From: Myxococcota bacterium
Lineage (GTDB): Bacteria; Myxococcota_A; Polyangia; HGW-17
Reading direction: 5' to 3'
Length of the DNA stretch: 61,854 nucleotides
NCBI GenBank assembly: GCA_036802685.1
Contig: DAIRVS010000005.1
Location: 10,027-71,880 of the forward strand
Shown: piece after piece, positions 28,674 to 37,289 of the stretch
Layout: each line of letters starts with the position of its first letter
Position numbering within the stretch: position 1 is the stretch's first letter
Program-made: the position numbers and the translations under genes
The notes under the pieces: generated by a model
What the model saw: only the letters and a program-made list of their open reading frames with translations
What the model was told of the DNA's origin: nothing
Database searches by the model: none

Positions 28674-29993
28674 TCAGATCAGGACGATCTCCTCTTCCTC
28701 GGCGTCGGCCGCCCGGGCGGCCAGGGTCTCCTGGGTCCGGGTCAAACGGCTGTCGGCGAGCTGGGAGAAGTAATCGCGCATCTCGGGCACGCTCTGCACC
28801 AGGCGCAGGAAGTAATGACGGGAGAGGAACAGCAGGGTGGTGCGCCGGGTGGCTACGACCGAGGCGGTCGTCTCGGAGCCCAGCAGGAGGCTGATCTCGC
28901 CGAAGCTCTCGGGGGCCTGCAGCGTGGCCAGGGAGACCGCCTGGGGGGTGTCCAGGTCGCGCATGACCTCGACCTCGCCGCCCAGGATGAGATACAGCCC
29001 GGTCCCCTCCTCGCCCTGACGGACGATCACGGTGTCGGTCTCCACGACGTAGGCCTGGAAATGCTTGAGCAGATCCATGCGCTGGGTCCGGGAGAAGGGC
29101 CTGAACAGGGGGCTGGTGGCCAGCAGGTTGCCAACCAGGCGTTCACGGGTGAACTTGTCCAGGGCTACGGCCACCTGCTCGAGATGTTCGGCCAGGCGGG
29201 CGATGGCCTCGGCGGGGAACTCGAGCACCTGCGCCCAGCTCTGGGCGGTGACCGAGGCCGAACGGGGAGCCCGCTGGACCAGGGCCATCTCGCCGACGAT
29301 GGCGCCCGCGTGCAGGGTCGCCAGGGGGGTCACGCGACCCAGCGCGTCGGTCTTGAACACCGAGAAGGAGCCCGTGCCGATCATGAAGAACGAGTTGCCG
29401 GGCTCGCCTTCGCGGATCAGCGCCTGGCCGGGCGCCAGCGGGACCAGGCGCAGCACGCGCGCGACCTCGACGAAGTGATGGGCGGGCACGTCGGAGAGCA
29501 GCGGCATGGGCAAGAGGGTGGCCGGGAAGTCCTCGGCCTTGGTGATGGTCTGGGCGAGGCCGGTCACCGTGGCGACGAGCTCTGCCAGGGAGGGGAGGAG
29601 CTCGGCGGGCCCGTCCACGGGCGTCTCGTCGGGCAGGGGGGCCACCTTGGAGCCGGACTGGGACAGTTGCGTGGAGTTGGCGGAATAGAGATAGGCGAGC
29701 CGCTTCCAGAGCGGGTCGGCGTCCTTGCCCAGCCGTTCGAGCAGGTGCAAGAAGGCCATGGCGGCGATGGGGTGCCCCGCCCGCATGGCGATCTCGGCGG
29801 AGTACACGAGGACCTTCTCCAGAGGCTCGACGGCCTGCAGGCGGGCCAGGACGTCGATCGTGAGGAACCGCACCTCGAGGTCCAGCGGGTCCGCCTTGAG
29901 GGCGGCCACCAGGCTGCCCAGGGTCTGCTCCATGTTTCCCTGCGCGAAGTGCGCGAAGGCGAAATCCTTGAGTGACTTGTAGGTGACCTTCAT
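28674..29993 (-). CDS. Protein with two cyclic-nucleotide-binding domains and a helical (TPR-like) N-terminus
   Basis: 439 aa. LIREGEPGNSFFMIGTG...GEMALVQRAPRSASV and IVRQGEEGTGLYLILGGEV...FGEISLLLGSETTASV. The second domain lacks the Arg of the phosphate-binding cassette. Confidence 0.88.
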   Translation of the reverse strand: MKVTYKSLKDFAFAHFAQGNMEQTLGSLVAALKADPLDLEVRFLTIDVLARLQAVEPLEKVLVYSAEIAMRAGHPIAAMAFLHLLERLGKDADPLWKRLAYLYSANSTQLSQSGSKVAPLPDETPVDGPAELLPSLAELVATVTGLAQTITKAEDFPATLLPMPLLSDVPAHHFVEVARVLRLVPLAPGQALIREGEPGNSFFMIGTGSFSVFKTDALGRVTPLATLHAGAIVGEMALVQRAPRSASVTAQSWAQVLEFPAEAIARLAEHLEQVAVALDKFTRERLVGNLLATSPLFRPFSRTQRMDLLKHFQAYVVETDTVIVRQGEEGTGLYLILGGEVEVMRDLDTPQAVSLATLQAPESFGEISLLLGSETTASVVATRRTTLLFLSRHYFLRLVQSVPEMRDYFSQLADSRLTRTQETLAARAADAEEEEIVLI

Positions 29994-30028
29994 GGGTGGA
30001 CCCTCCCGGCCTGGCCGTCAGGGACGGA

Positions 30029-30058
30029 AGTATAGCCTGCGAACGCGGGAGATTTCAA
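30029..30058 (-). promoter_or_regulatory. Putative sigma70-type promoter of the cNMP-binding protein gene
   Basis: Minus strand TTGAAA-N18-TATACT, 35 nt upstream of the ATG. Confidence 0.55.
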
Positions 30059-30080
30059 GCGTCGTCTGCCATCGCCGCCG

Positions 30081-30725
30081 TCAGAAGAACGAGAGCGGCG
30101 TCTCGGGCTCGAACAGGATCACGAAGGAGCAGGTCGTGTGGCCGGTGGTCATGCAGTTCTCCTCGTGGATGCGCAGGCAGGGGATGCGGTGCAGCTCGAG
30201 GATGCCCCCGGCGAAGCCGGAGATCACGCTGCAGAACAGGGGCAGGTTCACGGGCCTCGCCAGGGCGTGGAACGCGATCTGGGAGGGGGAGACCCGCTCG
30301 TCCACGGCCGCCTCCAGGGGAAGGAACCAGTTGGGCAGTCGCTCGAGACCCCGCTGGAGCCGGGCGGCGACGTGGAGGATGGCGGTGGACCGCTTCTGGT
30401 GGAACATCCGGGACAGGGAGTCGAGCTGGGCCACGGTGAGATCGCCGACGAACTTGCCGGCGTGGGAGGTCACGAACCGGCGTCCCCAGGCGGCGCCGAA
30501 GTCCGCCAGCATCGGGTGCATCTGCATGTCCACTGCAGCAAGCAGGATGGAGAATTCGCGGGCGGAGACCCAGGCGTCGGGCTCCCCCTCGCGGGCGAAG
30601 ACCATCTTGAGGGTGGCCGGCAGCAGGGAGAGGAATCGCGCGAAGGCGACTTCGCCGATGGTCTCGGTGAAATACTCGCACAGATCGCCGAACACCTCCT
30701 GTTTCACCAGGAGCTCGGGGTTCAT
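30081..30725 (-). CDS. V4R/HNOB-like small-ligand-binding domain protein
   Basis: 214 aa; ATG overlaps the sigma-factor stop (ATGA). C-terminal FCSVISGFAGGILE...IHEENCMTTGHTTCSFVI resembles the V4R Cys pattern. Confidence 0.6.
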   Translation of the reverse strand: MNPELLVKQEVFGDLCEYFTETIGEVAFARFLSLLPATLKMVFAREGEPDAWVSAREFSILLAAVDMQMHPMLADFGAAWGRRFVTSHAGKFVGDLTVAQLDSLSRMFHQKRSTAILHVAARLQRGLERLPNWFLPLEAAVDERVSPSQIAFHALARPVNLPLFCSVISGFAGGILELHRIPCLRIHEENCMTTGHTTCSFVILFEPETPLSFF

Positions 30726-31396
30726 GGCTGCACCCCCGATCCCTGGCGGAGGTGGTCGATGACGCGAGCGTGGAGCCTGCAGGCCCAGCTCTTGGAGCGG
30801 CCCTTCTGCCGGGCGAACTCGTCGAGGGAATGACCGTCGTGATAGACCGCCCGAACCAGCTCCTGCCACGGCTCGGGCAGCTCCGCCACCTGGGTGCGGA
30901 CCCAGGCCAGCTCGCTGCGCCGCTCGACCTCGTCTAACCCCTCGCCGCTGCCGGCGTCGGGGAGCTCGTCGAGGCGCTCCGAGGAGAGGCGGTAGCAGGT
31001 GGTCAACCCCGCGAGGGTGGAGGAGAGGCGATCCACCAACTCGGCGGTGGAGGGGGCCGCGGGACCCCTCTGCAGGGGCAAACTCTTCTCCTGGAGATAG
31101 GAGTTGGCGGTCTCCTCGGCGATGAGCTCGGTCTGGTGCCCGATCTGGAACCACTGGCGGCGCACGCCGTCGAGGATCGCCCCCTTGATCCGATAGTAGG
31201 CGAACGTGGAGAACTGGAAACCGCGCTGCGGATCGTACCGGCGTGCGGACTCGATCAGGCCGATCGTGCCCATGTTGATGAGCTCGTCCACCTCGATCTT
31301 CCGATGGACCAGGCGATGCACGTCGTTGGCGATCTTCCGGACGAGGTCCAGGTTGCCGTCGACGAGTTCCTGCTGCAGCCGGTCCGGGCGCTCCAT
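30722..31396 (-). CDS. FliA/WhiG-like alternative sigma-70 family factor
   Basis: 224 aa. Region 2 DELINMGTIGLIESARRYDPQRGFQFSTFAYYRIKGAILDGVR. Region 4 SLDEFARQKGRSKSWACRLHARVIDHLR. Confidence 0.9.
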   Translation of the reverse strand: MERPDRLQQELVDGNLDLVRKIANDVHRLVHRKIEVDELINMGTIGLIESARRYDPQRGFQFSTFAYYRIKGAILDGVRRQWFQIGHQTELIAEETANSYLQEKSLPLQRGPAAPSTAELVDRLSSTLAGLTTCYRLSSERLDELPDAGSGEGLDEVERRSELAWVRTQVAELPEPWQELVRAVYHDGHSLDEFARQKGRSKSWACRLHARVIDHLRQGSGVQP

Positions 31397-31403
31397 GATC
31401 GTC

Positions 31404-32171
31404 TCACCGGTGTTTGAGGGGGCGGGCCTGGAAGCGCCGCGTGCCGTCGGGATCCTCTCCCACCAGATCGAACTGCAGCACCTGCATGCTCAGGCGGGCC
31501 TTGTTCTTGCTGGGCAGCCACACCTCGAGCATGTCGCCGGAGTCGACCTTTTGTACGCGGCAGGAGCCGAACTTGAAGTGCTCGACGATGTCCCCCGCGC
31601 CGGGCAGAGCGAAGCCGTCGTTGGAGACGCCTCCTGCGGCGGCGGCGCTCTCGGAGACGAGGGTGGGCGACTCGGTCTCGGGTTCGGCAGGTGCGGCGTC
31701 CGATGGACCCGGGCTCGGTCGGTCCGCCGCTCCGGCGGACTCGGTGAAGCAGTCCGCCCAGGCGGGGAACAGGAGCTTCGGGTCGGAGCGCTTCACGATG
31801 AAGACGTCGTCGAAGGCGTCGAGGCGGAACTCGCACGAAAGGAGGCGGGCGGAGACGAGCAGGCCCCCCACGATCTGAAGTCCGGCCGGTCCGGGGACCT
31901 GCAGGGTGGCCATCAGTTGGGTCTCCACCTTGCCGTCGACGTCGGAGACGAAGCCTGTGCAGCGCAGGATGAGCGCCGGCGCGTTCACGACGAGGGGGAC
32001 GCCGCGGGGTTCGGTCACCAGGGAGAACCCCTCGAGCTGGCCAGCGAGCTCCACGTGGCCGGACCGGATCCCGTGATCGGTGAACAGCCGCGAGAAGGCG
32101 GTCGGCAGCTCCATGCCACGCGTGAAGGAGCCGACCAGATGACGGACTTTCTGGGTATGGACGCAGAACAA
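31404..32171 (-). CDS. PPC/DUF296-like domain protein with a C-terminal SH3/Tudor-like domain
   Basis: 255 aa, TTG start with SD GGAGG. DUF296-like GMELPTAF...IRSGHVELAGQL...ILRCTGFV...IVGGLLVSA. C-terminal PGAGDIVEHFKFGSCRV. Confidence 0.55.
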   Translation of the reverse strand: MFCVHTQKVRHLVGSFTRGMELPTAFSRLFTDHGIRSGHVELAGQLEGFSLVTEPRGVPLVVNAPALILRCTGFVSDVDGKVETQLMATLQVPGPAGLQIVGGLLVSARLLSCEFRLDAFDDVFIVKRSDPKLLFPAWADCFTESAGAADRPSPGPSDAAPAEPETESPTLVSESAAAAGGVSNDGFALPGAGDIVEHFKFGSCRVQKVDSGDMLEVWLPSKNKARLSMQVLQFDLVGEDPDGTRRFQARPLKHR

Positions 32172-32195
32172 GGGGACCTCCGGGTGCCGGGGGGT

Positions 32196-33296
32196 TCACT
32201 CCAGCATCAGGATGCCGGGCAGGTTGTAGCGCTTGACGCACTGCCTGAACTGCCAGCAGTTCGGCCGCTCGAGGCAGTGGTTGGCGTGTACGCGCTGGGA
32301 CTTGTGCAGGTGGCGGATGGCCGCGCCCACCTTCTGGTTCCATTCGCTCTCATGCTCATCGAAGAACCGGGCGGATTTCTGGATCCGGGGCACCAGGAAC
32401 CGCAGATCGGCGGCGATCTGCTTGGGCACGGCCACCGAGAGGTCGCTGAGGACGCCCTTGATGACCTGCGGGTGCATGGAACGGTAGAAGGCCTCGTCGT
32501 CACCCTTCCTGCGGGCAGCCAGCTCCTCGCGGGTCACCAGTTCATGGATCTGGGCCTCCAGCACGCGCATGCTCTCGAAGAGCTCGGACAGGGGCTTCTC
32601 GGGGAGCTCTTGTCCGGTGGCGGCGAGGAAGCGGGCGACCTCGAGCTCGAGTTGGGCCGCCTGCTCACAAAAGACGGTCAACTTGGAGACCACCGGATCC
32701 TGTGCGAGGAAGGAGCACGTCTCGGGCACGTCCATGCCGCACCCCGCGCGTTTGGCGATGTCCTGGGGGCCGGGTTCGGTCTCGGCGGCCGGGGAGTCCC
32801 CGGGGAGCGGCGCGGGCTTCTCGTCGACGACCTTGTCCCCCATGTCCTCGTTCACCAGGCGCTTGTCCCTGGCCTTCTTGGCCGCGGCCTCGCCCTCGGC
32901 GTCGAGGGAGGGGCCTTCGGGGACGATGAGCTCGGGCGTCCGGTCAGTCTTGGGGTCCTGTTCATCCTCGCCGGGCACGCGGGCCCCGCTGATGAGGGTC
33001 GCCACGGCGGTGATGCCCGCGCCGGGGACGCACTCGGCGTGCTTGCCCACCGGGCACTGGTGCTTCTGCAGGTGCTCCTGAAGCTCGGTGAGGAGCTTCT
33101 CGGCCTCGGTGACCTTGTCCTGGACCCGCTTTTCGAGGTCGGCCAGGGTCTCCTTGGCGCACTGGAGGTTGCGGTCCACCCAGTTTCTCGAGTCGAGCCG
33201 CGAGGGATCCTTCTTCTTGCACCCGGTGAGCGACGGCGTCCACGCGGTCGCAAGGGTCAGCAAAAGAATGATCCACCCCGGGTTCGATCTACGCAT
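32196..33296 (-). CDS. Hypothetical helical lipoprotein
   Basis: 366 aa, lipobox LTGC, helical/coiled segments, acidic Pro-rich linker, paired Cys. No family recognised. Confidence 0.75.
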   Translation of the reverse strand: MRRSNPGWIILLLTLATAWTPSLTGCKKKDPSRLDSRNWVDRNLQCAKETLADLEKRVQDKVTEAEKLLTELQEHLQKHQCPVGKHAECVPGAGITAVATLISGARVPGEDEQDPKTDRTPELIVPEGPSLDAEGEAAAKKARDKRLVNEDMGDKVVDEKPAPLPGDSPAAETEPGPQDIAKRAGCGMDVPETCSFLAQDPVVSKLTVFCEQAAQLELEVARFLAATGQELPEKPLSELFESMRVLEAQIHELVTREELAARRKGDDEAFYRSMHPQVIKGVLSDLSVAVPKQIAADLRFLVPRIQKSARFFDEHESEWNQKVGAAIRHLHKSQRVHANHCLERPNCWQFRQCVKRYNLPGILMLE

Positions 33297-33320
33297 GGGG
33301 GGCTCCTTGAGGCAGGGGTC

Positions 33321-33614
33321 TCAGAACGTGAAGTGCTGCTGGATGTCCGCCGCCATCTCGGAGTGGGACAGCACGGGGCGGTTCGCCTGGGGCGCGGTCG
33401 CGGCGGCGGAAACCTCGCCGGGATTGGCCGGTTCATATTCGTCCACGTAGGGCAGCGGGGGCTGCTCGTCCATCAGCGAGCCGTTGAGGAAGGAGGAGAT
33501 GCGGTTCTCCACGAAGGAGCTCATGCTGATGTTGTTCGATTCGCAATAATCGTGAATCCGGTCGTACAGTTCACCGCGGACAGAGATGGAACGACGAGTC
33601 TGCTGTTTGGCCAT
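33321..33614 (-). CDS. Ribbon-helix-helix (CopG/Arc-like) DNA-binding protein
   Basis: 97 aa. Alternating beta strand RRSISVRG followed by two helices ELYDRIHDYCESNNISMSSFVENRISSFL, then a disordered tail. Confidence 0.65.
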   Translation of the reverse strand: MAKQQTRRSISVRGELYDRIHDYCESNNISMSSFVENRISSFLNGSLMDEQPPLPYVDEYEPANPGEVSAAATAPQANRPVLSHSEMAADIQQHFTF

Positions 33615-33667
33615 GGGGATCATCAACCTTCCATTGAGTTGAATGGATGAGCGGCATCCATCCGAAA

Positions 33668-33706
33668 AACCGGAGGTCTTTATAAACGAACCGAACCGGA
33701 GGTCAA
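33668..33706 (-). promoter_or_regulatory. Putative promoter of the RHH gene with an 11-bp direct-repeat operator
   Basis: Minus strand TTGACC-N16-TATAAA (33706..33679). AACCGGAGGTC occurs at 33668-33678 and 33694-33704. Confidence 0.55.
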
Positions 33707-33746
33707 GCTGAAAATCGTATGTTTGATGGTGGAATAGTTCAGTGGA

Positions 33747-35000
33747 TTACGAACTGGGAGGCATGGGGGGCAGGGCCTGGGCCATCTCGAGTTTTTTCAG
33801 GTAGTCCGGCTTGGAGTAGGGAACCTGGGCGTGCCGCGCGTGATCCTGGTGGGGGAGCTCCTGGGAGGGGGAGACGCGGGGCAGCTCGGAGGTGGAGTAG
33901 GCGTTGCGCGGGCCGGAGTCGGCCTCCCGCTGCCCGTAGGGGGCGGTGGCGGTGTACGGCAGGCTCATCTGGGTCTGCTGCTGCCGGATCGAGGAGCCGT
34001 TGTTGACGAGCTCGTGCTTGGGCGTGGTCTTGGCCGGGGCGACGTTCTGGTCGAAGCCGGTGGCGATGATGGTCACGCGCACCTCGTTCTGGAGGTTGGG
34101 ATCGACGACCGAGCCCCAGATGACGTTGGCGTCCTCGTTGGCCACGTCCTCGATGAGCATGGCGGCCTCGGAGATCTCCTGCAGGGAGAGGTTCGGCGAG
34201 CAGGTGATGTTGACGAGCACCCCGGTGGCGCCGTCGATGGACACGTCCTCGAGCAGCGGGGAGGAGATGGCGTTGCGGACGGCCTCGACGGCGGCGTGGT
34301 CGCCCTTGCTGACGCCGATGCCCATCAGGGCGCGGCCCTTGTTGGCCATGACCGAGCGGACGTCCATGAAGTCGACGTTGATGTAGCCGCTCTCCAGGAT
34401 GAGGTCGGTGATGCCGCGGGCGGCGTTGAGCAGGACCTCGTCGGCCCGGGAGAAGGCGTCCATCATGCTGATGTTCGCGGACAGCGACAGCAGCTTGTCG
34501 TTGGGGATGACGATCAGGGCGTCGACCTCGTCCTGCAGGGCGGCGATGCCCTCCTCGGCCTGGCGCATGCGGCGCTTGCCCTCGAACCGGAACGGTTTGG
34601 TGACCACGCCGACGGTCAGCGCGCCGGTCTCCTTGGCGATGCGGGCGATCACGGGGGCCGCGCCCGTGCCGGTGCCGCCGCCCATGCCGGCGGCGATGAA
34701 GATCATGTCGGCGCCGGACACCGAGCCGCGGATGAGCTCGGCGCTCTCCTCGGCGGCCTTGCGGCCGACCTCGGGGTTGGCGCCGGCCCCGAGACCGGAG
34801 GTGATCTTGTCGCCGAGCTGGATCTTGGTGCCGGCGAGGCTCTTCTCGAGCGCCTGGCGGTCCGTGTTGGCGGCATAGAACTGCACGCTGTCGAGGTGGT
34901 TCGAGAGCATGTTGTTCACGGCGTTGCCGCCGGCTCCGCCGACGCCGATGATCTTGATGCGGGCTTCTCCGGTCACGTTGTCATCCAGGGTGTAAGGCAT
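33747..35000 (-). CDS. ftsZ: Cell division GTPase FtsZ
   Basis: IKIIGVGGAGGNAVNNM, GLGAGANPEVGRKAAEE, tubulin signature GGGTGTG, INVDFMDV. SD GGAGG upstream of the ATG at 35000. Confidence 0.98.
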   Translation of the reverse strand: MPYTLDDNVTGEARIKIIGVGGAGGNAVNNMLSNHLDSVQFYAANTDRQALEKSLAGTKIQLGDKITSGLGAGANPEVGRKAAEESAELIRGSVSGADMIFIAAGMGGGTGTGAAPVIARIAKETGALTVGVVTKPFRFEGKRRMRQAEEGIAALQDEVDALIVIPNDKLLSLSANISMMDAFSRADEVLLNAARGITDLILESGYINVDFMDVRSVMANKGRALMGIGVSKGDHAAVEAVRNAISSPLLEDVSIDGATGVLVNITCSPNLSLQEISEAAMLIEDVANEDANVIWGSVVDPNLQNEVRVTIIATGFDQNVAPAKTTPKHELVNNGSSIRQQQTQMSLPYTATAPYGQREADSGPRNAYSTSELPRVSPSQELPHQDHARHAQVPYSKPDYLKKLEMAQALPPMPPSS

Positions 35001-35109
35001 CGAAATTCCTCCGTATTTATGGGACAGATCCACTCGAGGTGGTCCAGTTCATCAGTCTTCGCACGACAGCTCGACGGACTTCTCAGGCATCGTAAGAGCT
35101 GTGCGCGAC

Positions 35110-36387
35110 TCAGTCAAAAAAACCGCCGAAAAAATCTGCCAACTTCTTGAAAACATTACTGTTTTTCTTCTCGACCTGGCAGGGTTCCAGCCGCCCCGGA
35201 TGGCCGTCTCCGTGGGAGGCGGCGTACATGACCACCCCCACCGAGGAGGAGAAGACCGGGTTCCGGGCCAGGTCGAACATCCCCACCGGGAGGTTGGCCT
35301 GGCCGACCTCGACGGGCAGCTCGATGAGCTCCTGGATGAAGGAGCGCAGGGCGCCGAGTTGGGCGGTGCCGCCGGTGATCACGATGGAGTGGGGGGCGGT
35401 CAGATGGATGCCCGCGTAGTGCAGCCGGTTGAGCGCGATGTGCAGGATCTCCGAGATCCGGGCCTCGAGGAGGTGGGCCACCTGGCCATAGGTGACCGGC
35501 GCGCAGCCGCACAGCAGGCGGGAGTCCACGAGCTTGTCCGGATGCTCGACGTAGGCCGGGGAGGCGGTGCCGCATTTGACCTTGATGACCTCGGCCTCCT
35601 CGCGCAGGCAGCGCAGACCGCCGGCGATCGCCTCGGTGAACGACTGGCCGCCCATGGGGACGACGTCGCAGTAGCGGAGGCGGTCGCCCTCCATCATGAC
35701 CACGTCGGTGGTGCCCGCGCCGATGTCCAGCATCAGGACGCCGAGCTGGCGCTGGCGGGGATGGGTCACGGCCTGGAGCGTGCCCAGCGGGCTGAAGAAG
35801 ATGTCGCGCACGACGAGCCCGGCGGCCCGGCACACGCGCTCGACGTTCTGGATCGAGACGCGGGGCACGGTCAGCACCGTGGTCTCGACGTCCACGCGCA
35901 CCCCGGAGCGCCCCACCGGGTCGGCCACCGGATGCCCGTTGACTAGGTACTGCTCGGGAATGACATGGAGGATCGCCTCGTTCTCCCTGAGCGGCATGGC
36001 CGTCTCGGCGGCCTCGAGCACGTCGGCGATGTCCTCGGCGGTCACCGAGTCGCCGGCGACGGCCACCATTGCGGTGTTCCGATGCATGGCGATCTCGGGA
36101 TCGGTGATGCCGACGAAGACCTCGGTGACCGAGAACCCGATGATGTCGACGGCCTCGCCCAGGAGCTTGCGGATCGTCGCCGTGACCGCCTCGAGGTTGG
36201 TGATGCGGCCCGAGGTGATGCCGTGGCACTGGTGATGAACCACCCCGAGGAGCGCGTCGAACCTGCCGTCCAGCGTCTGGCCGATCGAGAGCGAAATCTT
36301 GTTCGATCCGATGTCCAGCGCGGCGATGTAGTCGATGTTCTCTTCCGGATTGGTCAGGTAGCTCTCATTGGCCTTCATCGCACGCAT
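35110..36387 (-). CDS. ftsA: Cell division protein FtsA
   Basis: AALDIGSNKI, ILHVIPEQYLVNG, LDIGAGTTDV, VITGGTAQL, C-terminal amphipathic VFKKLADFFGGFFD. Directly upstream of ftsZ. Confidence 0.93.
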   Translation of the reverse strand: MRAMKANESYLTNPEENIDYIAALDIGSNKISLSIGQTLDGRFDALLGVVHHQCHGITSGRITNLEAVTATIRKLLGEAVDIIGFSVTEVFVGITDPEIAMHRNTAMVAVAGDSVTAEDIADVLEAAETAMPLRENEAILHVIPEQYLVNGHPVADPVGRSGVRVDVETTVLTVPRVSIQNVERVCRAAGLVVRDIFFSPLGTLQAVTHPRQRQLGVLMLDIGAGTTDVVMMEGDRLRYCDVVPMGGQSFTEAIAGGLRCLREEAEVIKVKCGTASPAYVEHPDKLVDSRLLCGCAPVTYGQVAHLLEARISEILHIALNRLHYAGIHLTAPHSIVITGGTAQLGALRSFIQELIELPVEVGQANLPVGMFDLARNPVFSSSVGVVMYAASHGDGHPGRLEPCQVEKKNSNVFKKLADFFGGFFD

Positions 36388-36487
36388 AGGCAAAGCTCCT
36401 TTTTGCGTGTTTCAACGCAAGAAAGGTTTACATGAACCCGGATATGGTTGCGAATTTTACCCCAGTAGGTGTTTTAACGCATTGTTA

Positions 36488-37219
36488 TCATTGAATATTT
36501 TTCGGAGCTGGAGAGGTCGTTCCGGTCTGCGGCAGGATGACGGTGCCCACCCGCGCGGCTCCCACGAAGATGTCGAGGTAGGAGCGCCCCGTCTCCTCAC
36601 TGTGCAGGGGTTGCAGCCGGCCGAGATCCACGATGATCCGTCCGTCGGACGGCAACACGCCCAGCGACACGTGTCCGATCCGGGTGAGCACCTCGACCCG
36701 GGAGCCCTCCGGTGGCGGCACCTTGCCGCAGGCGAAGTCCGTGCTCTTGACCTCGCGGCGCACGTCCCCGGCCTCCTCCACGGTGGTCCGCTCCTCGAGC
36801 CGCTTCCACAGCCCGTATCCGCCCAGGGCCAGGCCAGGCCCCAGAAAGACGCCGGTGCCCACCGAGAGGTGGATGGCGCGGGCGGTCCCGGTGGAGTCGC
36901 CAAACCCCATGTAGTAAGACGGGATAGAGAGAGCGGCGACCAGGCTCCCCAGGAGCATGTAATAGGCCGCGCCTGGGCGTGTCTGGGTGCGGACTAGGCT
37001 CATCTTTTCGACGTCGAACTGGACGTGGCGGCAGAACAGGATCTCCTCGAACCGGAGGTGGAGGCGGTTTCCGTCGACCTGGTGGTGCACGCGCAGCTCC
37101 CGGCGGATGTTGCGCTGGACCTCGACCTCGTAGTGGAGGTGCCGGTGGCGGGTGGTGACGTAGGAGCGACCGTCGATGCAGGAACCGAGCAGCAGCAGCG
37201 AGAGGAAGATCGGCTTCAT
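36488..37219 (-). CDS. Hypothetical lipoprotein / membrane protein
   Basis: 243 aa from MKPIFLSLLLLGSC (lipobox-like), with two internal hydrophobic segments. Confidence 0.6.
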   Translation of the reverse strand: MKPIFLSLLLLGSCIDGRSYVTTRHRHLHYEVEVQRNIRRELRVHHQVDGNRLHLRFEEILFCRHVQFDVEKMSLVRTQTRPGAAYYMLLGSLVAALSIPSYYMGFGDSTGTARAIHLSVGTGVFLGPGLALGGYGLWKRLEERTTVEEAGDVRREVKSTDFACGKVPPPEGSRVEVLTRIGHVSLGVLPSDGRIIVDLGRLQPLHSEETGRSYLDIFVGAARVGTVILPQTGTTSPAPKNIQ

Positions 37220-37289
37220 GCCGGACAGGGACAGCGAGGGGCGCCGCCGGTTGCACGAAGTGGATGCGGGGCTCGACATGAAGGCCGGT

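Noticed and set aside
30722-31396. Flagellar regulon implied by the FliA-like sigma
   Set aside because: No flagellar or flgM genes are in the window. Family similarity alone does not establish fliA function, so no symbol was given.
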